Part shown: piece after piece, positions 48,501 through 57,756 of the stretch
How positions within the stretch are numbered: position 1 is the stretch's first letter
How the letters are laid out: each line of letters starts with the position of its first letter
NCBI GenBank assembly: GCA_026936335.1
Contig: JAPMXV010000042.1
Span: 647,096 to 711,095, forward strand
Direction: 5' to 3'
DNA: 64,000 nt
Source: Mantamonas sphyraenae STR306
Lineage: Eukaryota > Protista > CRuMs
Notes under the pieces: generated by a model
Told to the model about the DNA's origin: nothing
The model's input: only the letters and a program-made list of their open reading frames with translations
Database searches by the model: none
Made by a program: the position numbers and the translations under genes

Positions 48501-51500
48501 GCCTGCACAGAGAGTGAGGAGGCGGACGAGACAGTCGAAGCCATAGGCAAGGAGAAAGACACCCCAGCTCTGCTCCTCGCAGACGAGAAGGCTGTCGAGG
48601 AGGCGAACGAGGAGCCAGACGTAGAGGAGTTGGGAAGCGTCGAGTCCCTGGTCGGGCCGGATGTCGAGGGTTGCGTTGATGGTGACGATGACCCATTCGA
48701 GAAACTCGTTTGCAATGAGGGTGAAGGCGAGGGAGGTGTCGAAGCCACACATGACGGTAAGGGCTTCGACGACCTGAAGCTGAACGTCCGAGGTTGTGTG
48801 GTCGTCCTTGAGCATGCGTGCGAGGACAGCGGGCCCGTCGACGCGTTTGAAGAGAGCGACGTGGGCTGTGGTGAAGCTGGGATTTGTGACGAGCTTGTGA
48901 ACAACGTCAATGGCAGCTTGCTGTACGGCGGCACTGTTGGGGAAGGCGACGATTGTGTTGAGAGCGAGGCGGAGGGAGCTGGCGATGTGTGCGTCGGAGA
49001 GGAGCGGGTCGCGGAAGGTGACCAGACCGTCGAGGACGCGGATGAGGACGCGATCCATGGCAAGGTAAGAGGCTTCCAACGCGGACTGCTGGAGGGAGTC
49101 GAGCTGCTCCTGAGGGTTGGCGTGGTTGAGGAGGCGGACGGAGCCGTCGCGCCAGCTTGCCGGGACGTCCATCTCATTGATGATGGACTGGGGATTCTGA
49201 ACGGCAGAGGAGCGGAAAGAGGAGAAGGAGTTGGAGGGACGAGAGGCGGTTGTGGAGGAGGAGGACTCGGAGGACTCGGAGGACTCTGAAGACTCGGGTT
49301 GGGATTCTGGCTGCAGGAGCTCAAAGGTGTCTTGGAGGAGATCGATTGGATCCTGGTCGAGGAGGAGCTCAATGTTGCCCTCGTCGTGGTGGCAGAGCTG
49401 GTCGAGCATGTTGAGGAGAGAGTCTGGCTGGGCAAAGAGAGAGGTGAGGAGGCGGCACACGTCGGGGACGGCGATGAGGGCGTCGATGTCTGCGAGGCGT
49501 TGCTCGTCGATTGCGAGGAGCTGGCTGCATGGGCGGTGGAGCATACAGAGGAGGTCAATGGTGCCAAAGAGGTCGTACTCGAGCTCGTCGGAGGTGTATG
49601 TGTAGAGGCGGCGAAGGATGGACATGCCACCACCAGCCTGGAAAACGCGCTTGTTGAGGTCGTACTGGCAGAGATAGGTGAGAGTGGCGAGGGTTTGTGC
49701 GAGGAGAGGGCGCTGGGTACGGATGTGGAGCTTGGTGAGGCGGGGAGCGAGGAGCCTGTTTAGGAGGATGCCGATGAGGCCCGAGAGACCCAGATGGGTG
49801 GCGATGGCCTCTGTCTGGTCATCAGTGGCACAGTCGCGTACCTGTTGGAGGGCTTGGGTGAGATTGGGGTAGGCGTCGTCCTCGTCGTCGGCCTGTTTGG
49901 AGTGAAAGTCTAGGGCAGCGAGGTGGATGATGCGCTCGAGGAGGGCGTCTGCACGTGCGCGGTTGTCGTCGGAGATGGGGAGGTAGTCTCGGATGGATGC
50001 GCCGCGCTGGAGCATGGACTGGCAACCGTAGCCCTGGCAGGCACACCAGGGGTCGGGGCACTGGGAAAACTCTTGAAAGTTGAGGAGGCGGTAGTGGTGC
50101 TTGGTCTTGCGGGACGAGGATGTGGAGGATGTGGAGGAGGCAGCGGCCGCAGAGGCCTCGTCGAGGGCAGCCTGTTTGGCGGCGGCCTTTGCAGCTTTCT
50201 TGGCAGCCTTTTCTGCTTTCATGGCGGCCTTTGCGTCGCGCTTTGCTTGTTTTGCGAGTTCGCGCGTGCGCTTTTTGATGAGCCTTGCCTGTTCTTTTGC
50301 CTCGCGTCGCTTCTCCTTGGCGAGAGCGCGTGCCTCCTTGGCCTTTTTCGCTTCCTCAATCTCTTTTGAGGATTTCTTGATCTTGTTGGTGATCTTTCCA
50401 AAGAAGCCAGGTTTGGAGGAGGGTTGATCGTGGGATGAGTGAGAGGAGTGGGAAGAGTGGGAGGAGTGGGAGGAGGCGGAGGAGGCAGAGGAGTGTGTGG
50501 AGGCGGAGGATGCGGAGGAGGCGGAGGAGTGGGAGGAGGCGTCTGAACGTTGGTCGTCGTCTTTGTCGGTGTTTGCTGTGCGGCGCATGCTGATGTGCTT
50601 CCAGTCGTTGGAAGGGTGGAGGTGAAGCTGCTCGTGGAGTGGTTTGCCAGCTTCGATGTCTTGCCAGGCGCGGAGGACGAGGAGAGCTTCGGAGCGCTGT
50701 TCGGCAAGGGTGTGGAGGTCGACGGGGTGGGCGACGGAGAAGCAGCGGTCGCAATGGACTTTGTCGTCGACGGGGAACTTGTTGCCGAGGTGGCGGTCGC
50801 GGACGGTGGACTTTGCGTCTGTGGAGCACTGGATGAGGTCTGAGAAGCAGCCACGTCCTGTGGCGCCGCAGTAGCAGATGAAGTCTGCGTAGAGGTCGCA
50901 ATCGACAACATCGTGGCCTTTGTGGCAGGTGGCGACGCAGTGTGCGCAGAGGGCCATGATGGAGGAGCCGGAGAAGCGGGAGTCGTTGATGCGGCTTGTG
51001 GTGCGCTTTGCGGTGTCTGCGTCCATGAAGGCTTCGATCTGGGCGACGTCGAGGATGGAATTTGAGATGGCACGTGACTTTGAGGCCTTGTGTGGGCCGT
51101 CGGTGCCGTCGCTTGTGTCGTCGTCGTGGTCAAGGTCGAATTCGTCGTCGGAAGCGTTTTCTGCGTCATTGCGTGCATCGAGGGCGGCGAGATTCTCGAT
51201 GGTGAGACTTTGGGTGGAGGAAAATGCTGGGTTGGCAGCGAGAAAGTCCTGGTCGAGGCCCTGTTCGAGCTGGAGGTCGAGGTCGTCGAGGTCGTCGAGG
51301 TCGTCGGTTGGATCTAGATGCGGGATGGGTTGTTGGGGGTCGTCGTCGTCGTCGTTGTGGTGGTCGTGGGAAGAGGAAGAGCGAGAGAGATTCTGCTGGG
51401 CAATGAGCTGAAAGTCTGGCTCGAGCATGCGGCAGGTCTTGCAGTAGAAGACGCGCTGGTGGACGGCCTGTGCGCTTCCGGCGACGGCGACTGAGCACTG

Positions 51501-52655
51501 GCTGGAGACAGCGTCATCGAGGCGCTGGAGGAAGCACTGAGGGACATGGGTGTGTTGTGCAAATTCGTGAAAGCGAAAGACGGTGACGTGGCCGTACTCC
51601 ATGGGGTCGAGGGCCGGGCGGAGCCAGGACCAGGTGTCGAGGGCTTGGAGGTGCTTGTCGGCAGTGTCGTCTTGAGAGTCGTCGTGTGTGTGATGGTCGG
51701 GTTGAGAGGCGCAGGTTGCAGAGACAGCGGCGACAAAGGTGCGCCACGGGACGGCGAAGTGGTCGGAACCAAAGTGGGTGGACCACCAGCGAGCGCATGA
51801 GGGGTCTGTGAGAACAGAAGCGACGTTGAGGGAAGGCTGATCAGCAGTTTGGTCGTGGTCATGGTCTTGGTGTTCAGTTTGGGTGTCGTTTGCTTGTGTT
51901 TGCTGTGGTTGGAGATCGTCCTCGTCGGTGACGATGCGTTTCTTGCCCTTTGTGCGCTTGCGCTGGAGCTTTTCGTGGCGCTTGGTCTCCTTGTCGATGG
52001 CGGACTGGATTTGGGCCTCGAGGTTGGCCATGTAGACGGAGAGATGTGTCTTTGTGTCTGTGTGGAGGGATTCGGCGTCGGAGAAGCAGGAGTAGAGGGC
52101 GTGTTGGTGGGCAAAGAGGGCGGCGGCGAATACGCGCAAAGTGTAAACGAGGGTGTGGCCGTGTTGCTGGGTCTCGTTCTTGCGCGCAAGAAAGGTTGCG
52201 TACTCGTCGAGAGACGGGGCATTTGTGCTCTTGAGCTGGTCACGCGCCTGCTTGAGGGCCATGGCCTGGTGGGAGCGTTCTGCGTCGACGAGAAGCTGGA
52301 GCTTTGTCTGGATGAGGCTCAGGTCGCCTGCGACCTGTGGAAGGGTGGCATGGGCTGCGTCTGCATCAAAGGAGAGCTTGTCGATGATGGCGCGTTGTTG
52401 GGATTCGTTTGCGATGCGTTGGAGGAGGTTTGCGGCGTTTGCGGCCTCGGAGGCGAGAACCTGCATGGTGTCACTGAGGCTTTCGCTGGCAGCGACGACG
52501 AGGGCAAAGGCATCACTCTGGCGGACGGACTCTGGGTCATTGGCGGAGAATTCGTCCATTTTGAGTTCTTGGAGGGAGTCGACGTGCGAGCGGATGTGCT
52601 GCGCTGTCTGGATGGCCTCGGAGAGGGAAAAAGAGACCGTTTGGATGGTAGTCAT
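45594..52655 (-). CDS. Large (~2350 aa) multidomain protein: coiled/BAR-like, Cbl-EF-hand-like, split UBR-type Zn finger, ARM-like, FYVE, two PH domains; apparently intronless
   Basis: First plausible ATG (MTTIQTV) at 52655. FYVE WQSD...CTIC..EF..IVRRHHCRLCGRIVCDDCS. PH1 GYLNKQGG...WKKRYFVL; PH2 GPLQKR...WKDRFFML. UBR halves YCKTC and LCAHCVATCHKGHDV...FICYCG. Confidence 0.82.
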   Translation of the reverse strand: MTTIQTVSFSLSEAIQTAQHIRSHVDSLQELKMDEFSANDPESVRQSDAFALVVAASESLSDTMQVLASEAANAANLLQRIANESQQRAIIDKLSFDADAAHATLPQVAGDLSLIQTKLQLLVDAERSHQAMALKQARDQLKSTNAPSLDEYATFLARKNETQQHGHTLVYTLRVFAAALFAHQHALYSCFSDAESLHTDTKTHLSVYMANLEAQIQSAIDKETKRHEKLQRKRTKGKKRIVTDEDDLQPQQTQANDTQTEHQDHDHDQTADQPSLNVASVLTDPSCARWWSTHFGSDHFAVPWRTFVAAVSATCASQPDHHTHDDSQDDTADKHLQALDTWSWLRPALDPMEYGHVTVFRFHEFAQHTHVPQCFLQRLDDAVSSQCSVAVAGSAQAVHQRVFYCKTCRMLEPDFQLIAQQNLSRSSSSHDHHNDDDDDPQQPIPHLDPTDDLDDLDDLDLQLEQGLDQDFLAANPAFSSTQSLTIENLAALDARNDAENASDDEFDLDHDDDTSDGTDGPHKASKSRAISNSILDVAQIEAFMDADTAKRTTSRINDSRFSGSSIMALCAHCVATCHKGHDVVDCDLYADFICYCGATGRGCFSDLIQCSTDAKSTVRDRHLGNKFPVDDKVHCDRCFSVAHPVDLHTLAEQRSEALLVLRAWQDIEAGKPLHEQLHLHPSNDWKHISMRRTANTDKDDDQRSDASSHSSASSASSASTHSSASSASSHSSHSSHSSHSSHDQPSSKPGFFGKITNKIKKSSKEIEEAKKAKEARALAKEKRREAKEQARLIKKRTRELAKQAKRDAKAAMKAEKAAKKAAKAAAKQAALDEASAAAASSTSSTSSSRKTKHHYRLLNFQEFSQCPDPWCACQGYGCQSMLQRGASIRDYLPISDDNRARADALLERIIHLAALDFHSKQADDEDDAYPNLTQALQQVRDCATDDQTEAIATHLGLSGLIGILLNRLLAPRLTKLHIRTQRPLLAQTLATLTYLCQYDLNKRVFQAGGGMSILRRLYTYTSDELEYDLFGTIDLLCMLHRPCSQLLAIDEQRLADIDALIAVPDVCRLLTSLFAQPDSLLNMLDQLCHHDEGNIELLLDQDPIDLLQDTFELLQPESQPESSESSESSESSSSTTASRPSNSFSSFRSSAVQNPQSIINEMDVPASWRDGSVRLLNHANPQEQLDSLQQSALEASYLAMDRVLIRVLDGLVTFRDPLLSDAHIASSLRLALNTIVAFPNSAAVQQAAIDVVHKLVTNPSFTTAHVALFKRVDGPAVLARMLKDDHTTSDVQLQVVEALTVMCGFDTSLAFTLIANEFLEWVIVTINATLDIRPDQGLDASQLLYVWLLVRLLDSLLVCEEQSWGVFLLAYGFDCLVRLLTLCAGNPFIVPVLFQILLKVMPYAPVATALCLPLAINVARVTPNTSDVANALLAKFAFALNMSYKQMCGKIRSWDPLLRYAYNKNVSLHLLHPDPEWRLITQTLHVPACRDLVFTVVARRTDIHLHLLALNLLVHISRQQDWVPIACLACTIIQDQITSETACNTFVDLHNGLAILMELFQYTFTAPEDWIDQDDRRRVFGYLAAVIKHLLDHSLRAVNHAISFQSLRILAVLHHMRQYASRVVFVDDQYQAAKDAFSQFDVTNTEHCRVRMYWQSDSSTNVCTICETEFTSIVRRHHCRLCGRIVCDDCSTKVDFSFYDWNRLRICSDCSSLEEKYRDGRTDLLSSAATTLVREFAIATRGDSDVKPLLRQAKYQLDQEDDTGSSSSSSSSSSPSSPSDSYSTGDVLSAAQKRHSVNAGKGKAIQKQKRVVDEHGIPIEHVQYIDHAMTSCLRKMLKLAASEDPHDLELLYVFINEDCFRWLLTYDEHEQDSAAGTSLGESVTKFFQALVTHRDDNVRLDTLDRLERLNVRRIKFGEQFFVQEVEVLQEEIIDAYLDLREHIPEERLLDLKDEFDVEFRERVAEYLQTRKEEDELYQANKLMDRKELDLVDVPDEPLVERPYIVGYLNKQGGVFTTWKKRYFVLDNDQLAYYATNVEPVPSGAISLIGCVAGKMTEDITGRVNTMYIDHPDGRRYVIQAMTSQLEREWLRLIHMTADKGPTISKYDVPNQANNQKVKSSVRLLGKTIVESGFARDAMRKDSAILVDAFKRKDMADMIQQAHLHNQVDEPKHKLSHAITLDRIHRMSGLSRPPAPPEGFVEDFSGPLQKRSPNGLRSWKDRFFMLNGSSLEYFRAGKGETKPLGKIPITAGTSVTRAKRLGEAYKWAFNVTVSKSDRVYTLNPLTEEERDLWMTVINYVADLDAYRLARKRTNSIRNDVKRQGQIQRQREAAFEAFKVEGEKSKKSAKGKGKK

Positions 52656-52694
52656 GAAGGTTGTGGGGGGAAGTGGGGTGAGGAGTGCGGTGGT

Positions 52695-52742
52695 GGGGGG
52701 TAGGGGGTGGGGGGAGAGATGGGTTGGGTGCGGGCGGGGGGG
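52695..52742 (+). promoter_or_regulatory. Dense G-tract cluster (G-quadruplex-forming potential) in the 112-bp bidirectional promoter
   Basis: Seven runs of 3 or more G in 48 nt between the divergent ATGs at 52655 and 52768. A regulatory role is inferred only. Confidence 0.4.
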
Positions 52743-52767
52743 AAACACAACTGTGAGTGAGCAGGGA

Positions 52768-54816
52768 ATGAGCACTGAAGCGGACAAAGAAGGGTGTGTG
52801 GCGTGTATTGTGGCAAGCAAATTGGACGAGGGGGGGCGTGTGGGGACGGCGGAGGCGGTGGGCGGGATTGTGAAAGCGCTGCGGGGGCGGTTTGGGCGTG
52901 TGGTCGTAGAAGGGATGGCGGGATGTGGAGAGGAGGTGGAAGCGGAGGTGCATAGTGTGAAGGAGGAGTTGGTGATGGATGAGGCGGAGTGGTCGTGTGT
53001 GGCGTGTGTGGTGGTGTTGGGAGGGGAGGAGGGAGCGCTGGAAGAGGTTGTGAAGGGGGTGGAGGGAGGGTGGGGGCAAGTGGAGGCAGGAGTGCAGGTG
53101 CGTGTGGAAGGAGATCGTGTGGTGGTGTTGCGGGGGCTGGGAAGCAAGCTCGAGGTGGAGAAGGGGAGCACGGAAGAATTGACAGCGGCGCTTGGCCCGG
53201 CAGTTCTGCGAGGGCTGGCGGAAGGGCGAGGAGCACGGAGGGCAGCGTTTGTGTTTGACTTTGATGGTGTGGTGGCGGACACAATTGGGGCGTTGTACAC
53301 GGCGTTGGACGTGTTTGTGCGTGAGGGGACCGGGGAGAGGGAAGGCGCGAGCAAGGAGTTGTTTGACCGACTGAACGGGCCGACGGTGCCACAGATTGTG
53401 GAACTGCTGGTGGAAGAGTACGGAATGGAGGTTGGAGAAGGCGGGCTTGAGGCACTGGTGGAGCGGTACCGTGTGTTGGTGGCGAGAGAGGTGAGCAAGG
53501 CAAAGGCGATGGGCGGGATCAAGCGGGTGTGGAAAGGGCTTCGTGAGATGGGCTACGTGGTGGCAGTGTGCTCTGCGTCGTCGCACGAACACGTGGAGGA
53601 GGCACTGGAGCGGTATGGGATGCGGGAGCTGTGTTGTGTGGTGGTGAGCGGAGAGGACGTGGCGGTGGGCAAACCGGACCCAGCGTGCTACGTGGAGGCG
53701 AAAAGGCGTGTGAGAGAGTATGCAGAGGGGACTGGGAAGGCTCTGGGGTCGGATGCGGTGTTTTGGGTGGTGGAGGACAGCGAGCGCGGGTGCCAGGCGG
53801 CGATTGGGGCTGAGATGCGGACGGTGCACTTTAACAGCGGGGGCATTGCTCTTATGGAGGAGACGGAGCGTGGGATCTGGGGGCGTGTGGATCGGCTGGA
53901 GGAGATGTGTGCGATTGGGTGCGGATTTGCGTACGGAGTGGAGATCGTGGCGAGCGGTATGGAGGAGTTCAAGGTGAGCGTGTTGGAGAACCAGCTGGAG
54001 GTGAGTGACGAGGACGGGAGGGTGATTGAGGAGGTGTGGAAGGAGGCATGCGCAAAGAGGGGCCATCTGTTCAACGGAGGAATCCTGAGCTACCTGGATC
54101 ACAGTGTATCGGGACGGGTGGTGGAGATGAGATGTCACGTGGTGGAGTACAAGCAGTATCTGGCTCAGCTGGAGGGCCGTGTGAGTGGTTTGGCGATTGT
54201 GCCTGTGGGCGTGTCGGGTCTGCTGGTGGACGGGAGCGGATGCAGCGTGGCGGGAGAACGGTTTGCGGTGAGCGAGTACGAACACTTTATGGAGCTGATG
54301 CCTTCGGGAGGGCTGTCTGCAGACTCTGGCGGAGACTACAAGGAGCAGCTGTTGGAGGAGCTTGTGGAAGAGACGACGCTGGAGCGGTCGGAAGTGGCTG
54401 GGATCCGACCTCTGGCGTTGTACTTTGACGTTGCGGACCAGGTGTACGATGTGGCGTGTGTGCTAGAACTGGAAGGCGGTGTGGCGTTGGAGGAGCGAGT
54501 GGGAAGCGGGTTGGTGCGAGGAGATGAGTATCGGGGCGTGAGGGTTGTGCGTGGAGGGGTGGAGGGGATACGGGGAGAAGGGTGGGTACCGACGTCACTG
54601 TGTATGATGTGGGGATGGGGAGAGGAGGGGAGGAGGAGGGGGGTTGATTGGGCAGGGGCGGGGGAGGTTGCGCAGGGGCGGGGGAGGTTGCGCAGGGGCG
54701 TGCAGAGGGATCCTTGGAGAGAGCGAGCGAGCGAACGAGAGAGAAAGAATGGACGACGACGCACAGATTGTGGAGGAATTCCAGTTCCTGAAGGAAAAGT
54801 CATTTCAGCTGTTTGA
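52768..54816 (+). CDS. HAD-superfamily phosphatase (beta-PGM/CbbY-like) fused to a NUDT22-like Nudix domain; intronless; true stop may be ~54647
   Basis: HAD motifs FVFDFDGVVADT, VCSAS, KPDPACY, VVEDS..G..AA..A.M. Nudix-like IEEVW...LFNG, PVGVSGLL, MPSGG...ELVEET. As assembled the ORF overlaps the SCAI start; one extra G in the G-run at ~54638-54643 would give TGA at ~54645. Confidence 0.8.
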   Translation: MSTEADKEGCVACIVASKLDEGGRVGTAEAVGGIVKALRGRFGRVVVEGMAGCGEEVEAEVHSVKEELVMDEAEWSCVACVVVLGGEEGALEEVVKGVEGGWGQVEAGVQVRVEGDRVVVLRGLGSKLEVEKGSTEELTAALGPAVLRGLAEGRGARRAAFVFDFDGVVADTIGALYTALDVFVREGTGEREGASKELFDRLNGPTVPQIVELLVEEYGMEVGEGGLEALVERYRVLVAREVSKAKAMGGIKRVWKGLREMGYVVAVCSASSHEHVEEALERYGMRELCCVVVSGEDVAVGKPDPACYVEAKRRVREYAEGTGKALGSDAVFWVVEDSERGCQAAIGAEMRTVHFNSGGIALMEETERGIWGRVDRLEEMCAIGCGFAYGVEIVASGMEEFKVSVLENQLEVSDEDGRVIEEVWKEACAKRGHLFNGGILSYLDHSVSGRVVEMRCHVVEYKQYLAQLEGRVSGLAIVPVGVSGLLVDGSGCSVAGERFAVSEYEHFMELMPSGGLSADSGGDYKEQLLEELVEETTLERSEVAGIRPLALYFDVADQVYDVACVLELEGGVALEERVGSGLVRGDEYRGVRVVRGGVEGIRGEGWVPTSLCMMWGWGEEGRRRGVDWAGAGEVAQGRGRLRRGVQRDPWRERASERERKNGRRRTDCGGIPVPEGKVISAV

Positions 54817-56597
54817 TGGGCTGCGGGATTTGCCAGAATACGGGCAGCATTTTTGGCGGCCGTACTTTCAAAAGACGTTTGAGGTGTATACGAAGCTGTG
54901 GCGGTTCCAGCAGGACCATCGGCAGGTATTGGAGAACACTCAGCGGTATGGGATGAAGAGGTGGGAGATAGGAGAGATCGCGTCAAAGATTGGGCAGCTT
55001 TACTACCATTTCTAGTGAGTTTTGGAGGTGGGATGGTGGGTGGGAAGCGTGGGAAGAGGGCGTGGTGAGGGCGGGGAAAGGGCGGAGAGAGCGGAAGGGA
55101 AAGGGAAGGGGAGAGGAGAGGGGGCCGGGAAATGGGAGGGGAAACGGGAGCGTGGAGCGTGGACTGACAAGGTGTGGGTGGACGGCGGACAGCCTGCGCA
55201 CGAGCGAGACGAACTACTTGTACGAGGCGTTTGTGTTTTACAAGGCTATCCACGAGCGGGGCTACTTCAAGTCGCTGGAAGAAGCGAGCGGAGTGGCGCC
55301 TGTGGTGAAGCAGTTGCGGTTCTACGCACGATATGTGGTGGTGAGCCTGCTGCTGAACAAGCGGCGTGTGGCAGAGGAGCTGCTGGAGATTCTGTCTGGG
55401 CTGGTGGAGGAGTACACGCAGACGTACAGCGAGAGCGTGGGGGAGTGGCGGTTTGTGGTGCGGGAGCTGCAGGTGTTTCTTGCGGCGGAGCAGCCTGTGG
55501 CGGTGACGACGAGTGCAGACGGGGTGTTTGGGAGCGAAGCTCGTCGACGCACGTCGCGTGTGCGGAGCGAGGTGGAGAATGGGGTGGTGTTGAAGCAGGC
55601 GGTGCTTGTGACGAATCGAGCGGAGCAGACAAAGTTTAGCCAGCTGACAATCGACTTGTTTCGATTCCTGCAGCTTCTGGAGGTGCAGCCGTCGGCTTCA
55701 GTGGGGGAAACAAAGGTGGAGGTGGTTGAGGAGGAACTGGAGGACGAAGCGAGCGGAGTGAGCGGAGGGGAAGAGGCGGAGGAGGATGACGACGGGGGCG
55801 AGGGTAGCAGCGGTGGTGGAGGAGAAGGAGAGAAAGGGGCACAAGGACAGCAGCGAGAGGTGCCGGTGAAGCATATGCTGTACCGGCCGAGTGCGACGAG
55901 CGTGCTGGAGCACTTGGGCAACGCGCAAGAGGAACTGGAGGAGGGAGAAGCTCTGCTGGTGTACCTGTGTGTGGCAGGAGGGAAAGAATCAAGTGAGGGA
56001 GAAGAGGTGGTGAGTTTGGGGGAGGAGGGAGGGGTGCAGGGCCTGACGTGGGGGGATGTGTGCACGTTTACGCGAAAGGCAACGCTGTTGGTTGTGGAGA
56101 GCGAGGAGGCCGGAGCGTTTGTGGGCAAGGGAGGTGCGCGGTTTACAGGAGTGCCGTTTGTGTGCGTGTGCAGCCCCGGGGGACCTGGGTGGAAGTGTGG
56201 AGAGAGCGGGAGTGTGTTTACGTTGTTTCTTCAGTCGCCACTGCTGGGACTGTGTGCACTGTGCGGTGTGGAGGAAATGTCGGGCAAGGTGATGCGAGAG
56301 TGCGAGGGGATGCTGGAGGAAGCGAGCCGGGAGGTGGAGGAGGCGCTGGTGAGCCTGTGTGGAACGGGGGGGCTGGAGGAGAGTGTTGAGCCGTTTATGG
56401 CGGATGGATACGCGAGCAGGCTACTGGCACGGTTTGTGATGGTGCAAGTGGTGTGCGGGATGCAAGGAGTTGCAGCGGGAGTGTGTGTGCCGGACATGGG
56501 GGGTGTGGTGGAGCAGGAACGGGAGAGAGTGGAGGAGGTGGTGGGCAAGGCGATGGGGCTGCTTGGAGGGCGGTGGGTTGTGGGAGAGGAGTCGTGA
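54749..56597 (+). CDS. SCAI: SCAI (suppressor of cancer cell invasion)-like protein; 2 exons
   Basis: LFDGLRDLP.YG...W..YF..TF.VYTKLWRFQQ.HR, KRWEIGEIASKIGQLYYHFY|LRTSETNYL.EAF.FY, KQLRFYARY, KHMLYRPS, GSVFTLFL.SPL. Intron 55015-55192. Confidence 0.93.
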
Positions 56598-56636
56598 AGG
56601 TTCAGTGGATGAAGGTTCAGTGGATGGGTGTGCTGT

Positions 56637-57350
56637 TTACTTCTTGCCCTTCTTCTTCTTGCTGGGGCGGACGCGTGTGCCGAGAGCCTTTTCGATTTTG
56701 TTGATGACGTTTGCGTTGGGGATGGCCTTGCCGGACTCGTAGTCGTTGATGACGCTCTGCTTCTCGTTGATGGCTGTGGCGAGCTGTTTCTGGGTCATCT
56801 TTTTGTTCATGCGGGCCTGCTGGATGTTCTTGGAAAGGTTGTGGTCGACGCGCTCGACATGGAGATCGAGGTTCTCCTCGGCCTCGTAGTCGATGAAATC
56901 GGAGGCGACGGAAGAGGAGTTGCTGGTGGTGCTGTAGGAGGAGGTGGAGGTGCTCGACTTTGTGGAGGAGGTGGTGGAAGAGGTGGAGGCTGGGTCGGGT
57001 TGGCGGAGGCGGAAAGTGTTTCGGAGGGCGGTTTCGCGGAAGTTTGTTTGTGGGAATTGCAGGCGTGTGAGCGAAGAGGGTGGGACGGGTGAGGGCAACG
57101 GGAGGAATGGAGGGTAGGGGGAAGGGTGGAGAGGGTGGTTGGGGGGAAGGAAGGGCAAGGAAGGGCAAGGGGACGTACAGCCGCCGGTGAGGTCAAGGGT
57201 CTTCTTCTTGCCGCCGCCGGTGTTCTTGCGGATCACGACAGGTTTCCAGTCTTGGTATTCGTTGGAGGACTGGAGCAGGCGGGTGGGATGTTGGATGTTA
57301 GAGAGGCGGGGTTGGAAGGGAGGGTGGGGAGTGGGGCAGAGTGGTACCAT
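56637..57350 (-). CDS. MBF1: Multiprotein bridging factor 1 (MBF1/EDF1); 3 exons
   Basis: QDWKPVVIRK and HTH IQQARMNKKMTQKQLATAINEKQSVINDYESGKAIPN...KIEKALG. Introns 57347-57270 and ~57178-56990. Confidence 0.92.
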   Translation of the reverse strand: MVPLCPTPHPPFQPRLSNIQHPTRLLQSSNEYQDWKPVVIRKNTGGGKKKTLDLTGGCTSPCPSLPFLPPNHPLHPSPYPPFLPLPSPVPPSSLTRLQFPQTNFRETALRNTFRLRQPDPASTSSTTSSTKSSTSTSSYSTTSNSSSVASDFIDYEAEENLDLHVERVDHNLSKNIQQARMNKKMTQKQLATAINEKQSVINDYESGKAIPNANVINKIEKALGTRVRPSKKKKGKK

Positions 57351-57429
57351 TGTGGAGAGGATGTGGTGTGTTTTGCTGGGAGGGCCGGTGCGGCGGTGGG
57401 AGCAATTTCATTGTTGCATTGACACAGGG

Positions 57430-57729
57430 ATGGGTTGTGGAACGCGGGCAGGGTGTGGGTGTGGGAAAGCGTGGTGGGAGCAGGTGTTGGATGTGTGGAA
57501 GTCGCTGTGGTGGGTGTATTTGGGCGTGTTCCTGCTGACCTTGTTTGGCCTGGAGGCTCTGGATTGGGTGAAGCGGTGGTGGAGGGGCCGTGGACAAGGG
57601 GGAAAGGAGAGCGAGGTGAAGGGCGACGGGGAGCAGGAGGGAAAGGAGACGGGCAAGGAGACGGGCAAGGAGACGGGCAAGGGGGAAGGGGAGGTGGGAG
57701 CAGAGGGAGAAAGCAAGAAAACAAGGTGA
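57430..57729 (+). CDS. Small single-pass membrane protein with 3x GKET repeats
   Basis: 99-aa ORF with hydrophobic LWWVYLGVFLLTLFGLEAL and a charged tail, filling the gap between MBF1 and CMC2. Start uncertain. Confidence 0.5.
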   Translation: MGCGTRAGCGCGKAWWEQVLDVWKSLWWVYLGVFLLTLFGLEALDWVKRWWRGRGQGGKESEVKGDGEQEGKETGKETGKETGKGEGEVGAEGESKKTR

Positions 57730-57756
57730 AAATGGAGAGGCTGAGTTGGATGGAGT

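Noticed and set aside
52153-53522. Apparent 1.4-kb head-to-head overlap of the 2642-aa and 887-aa ORFs
   Set aside because: The extensions are each other's antisense frames. Plausible ATGs at 52655 and 52768 give a normal divergent pair.
28321-54816. PARG + RIT1 + Nudix as an ADP-ribose/ribose-phosphate cluster
   Set aside because: The genes are separated by unrelated housekeeping genes and nothing in the sequence links them.
56990-57178. Non-canonical (CAA) 3' splice site in MBF1 intron 2 near 57056
   Set aside because: A canonical in-frame CAG acceptor exists at 56990, so no exotic splicing is needed.
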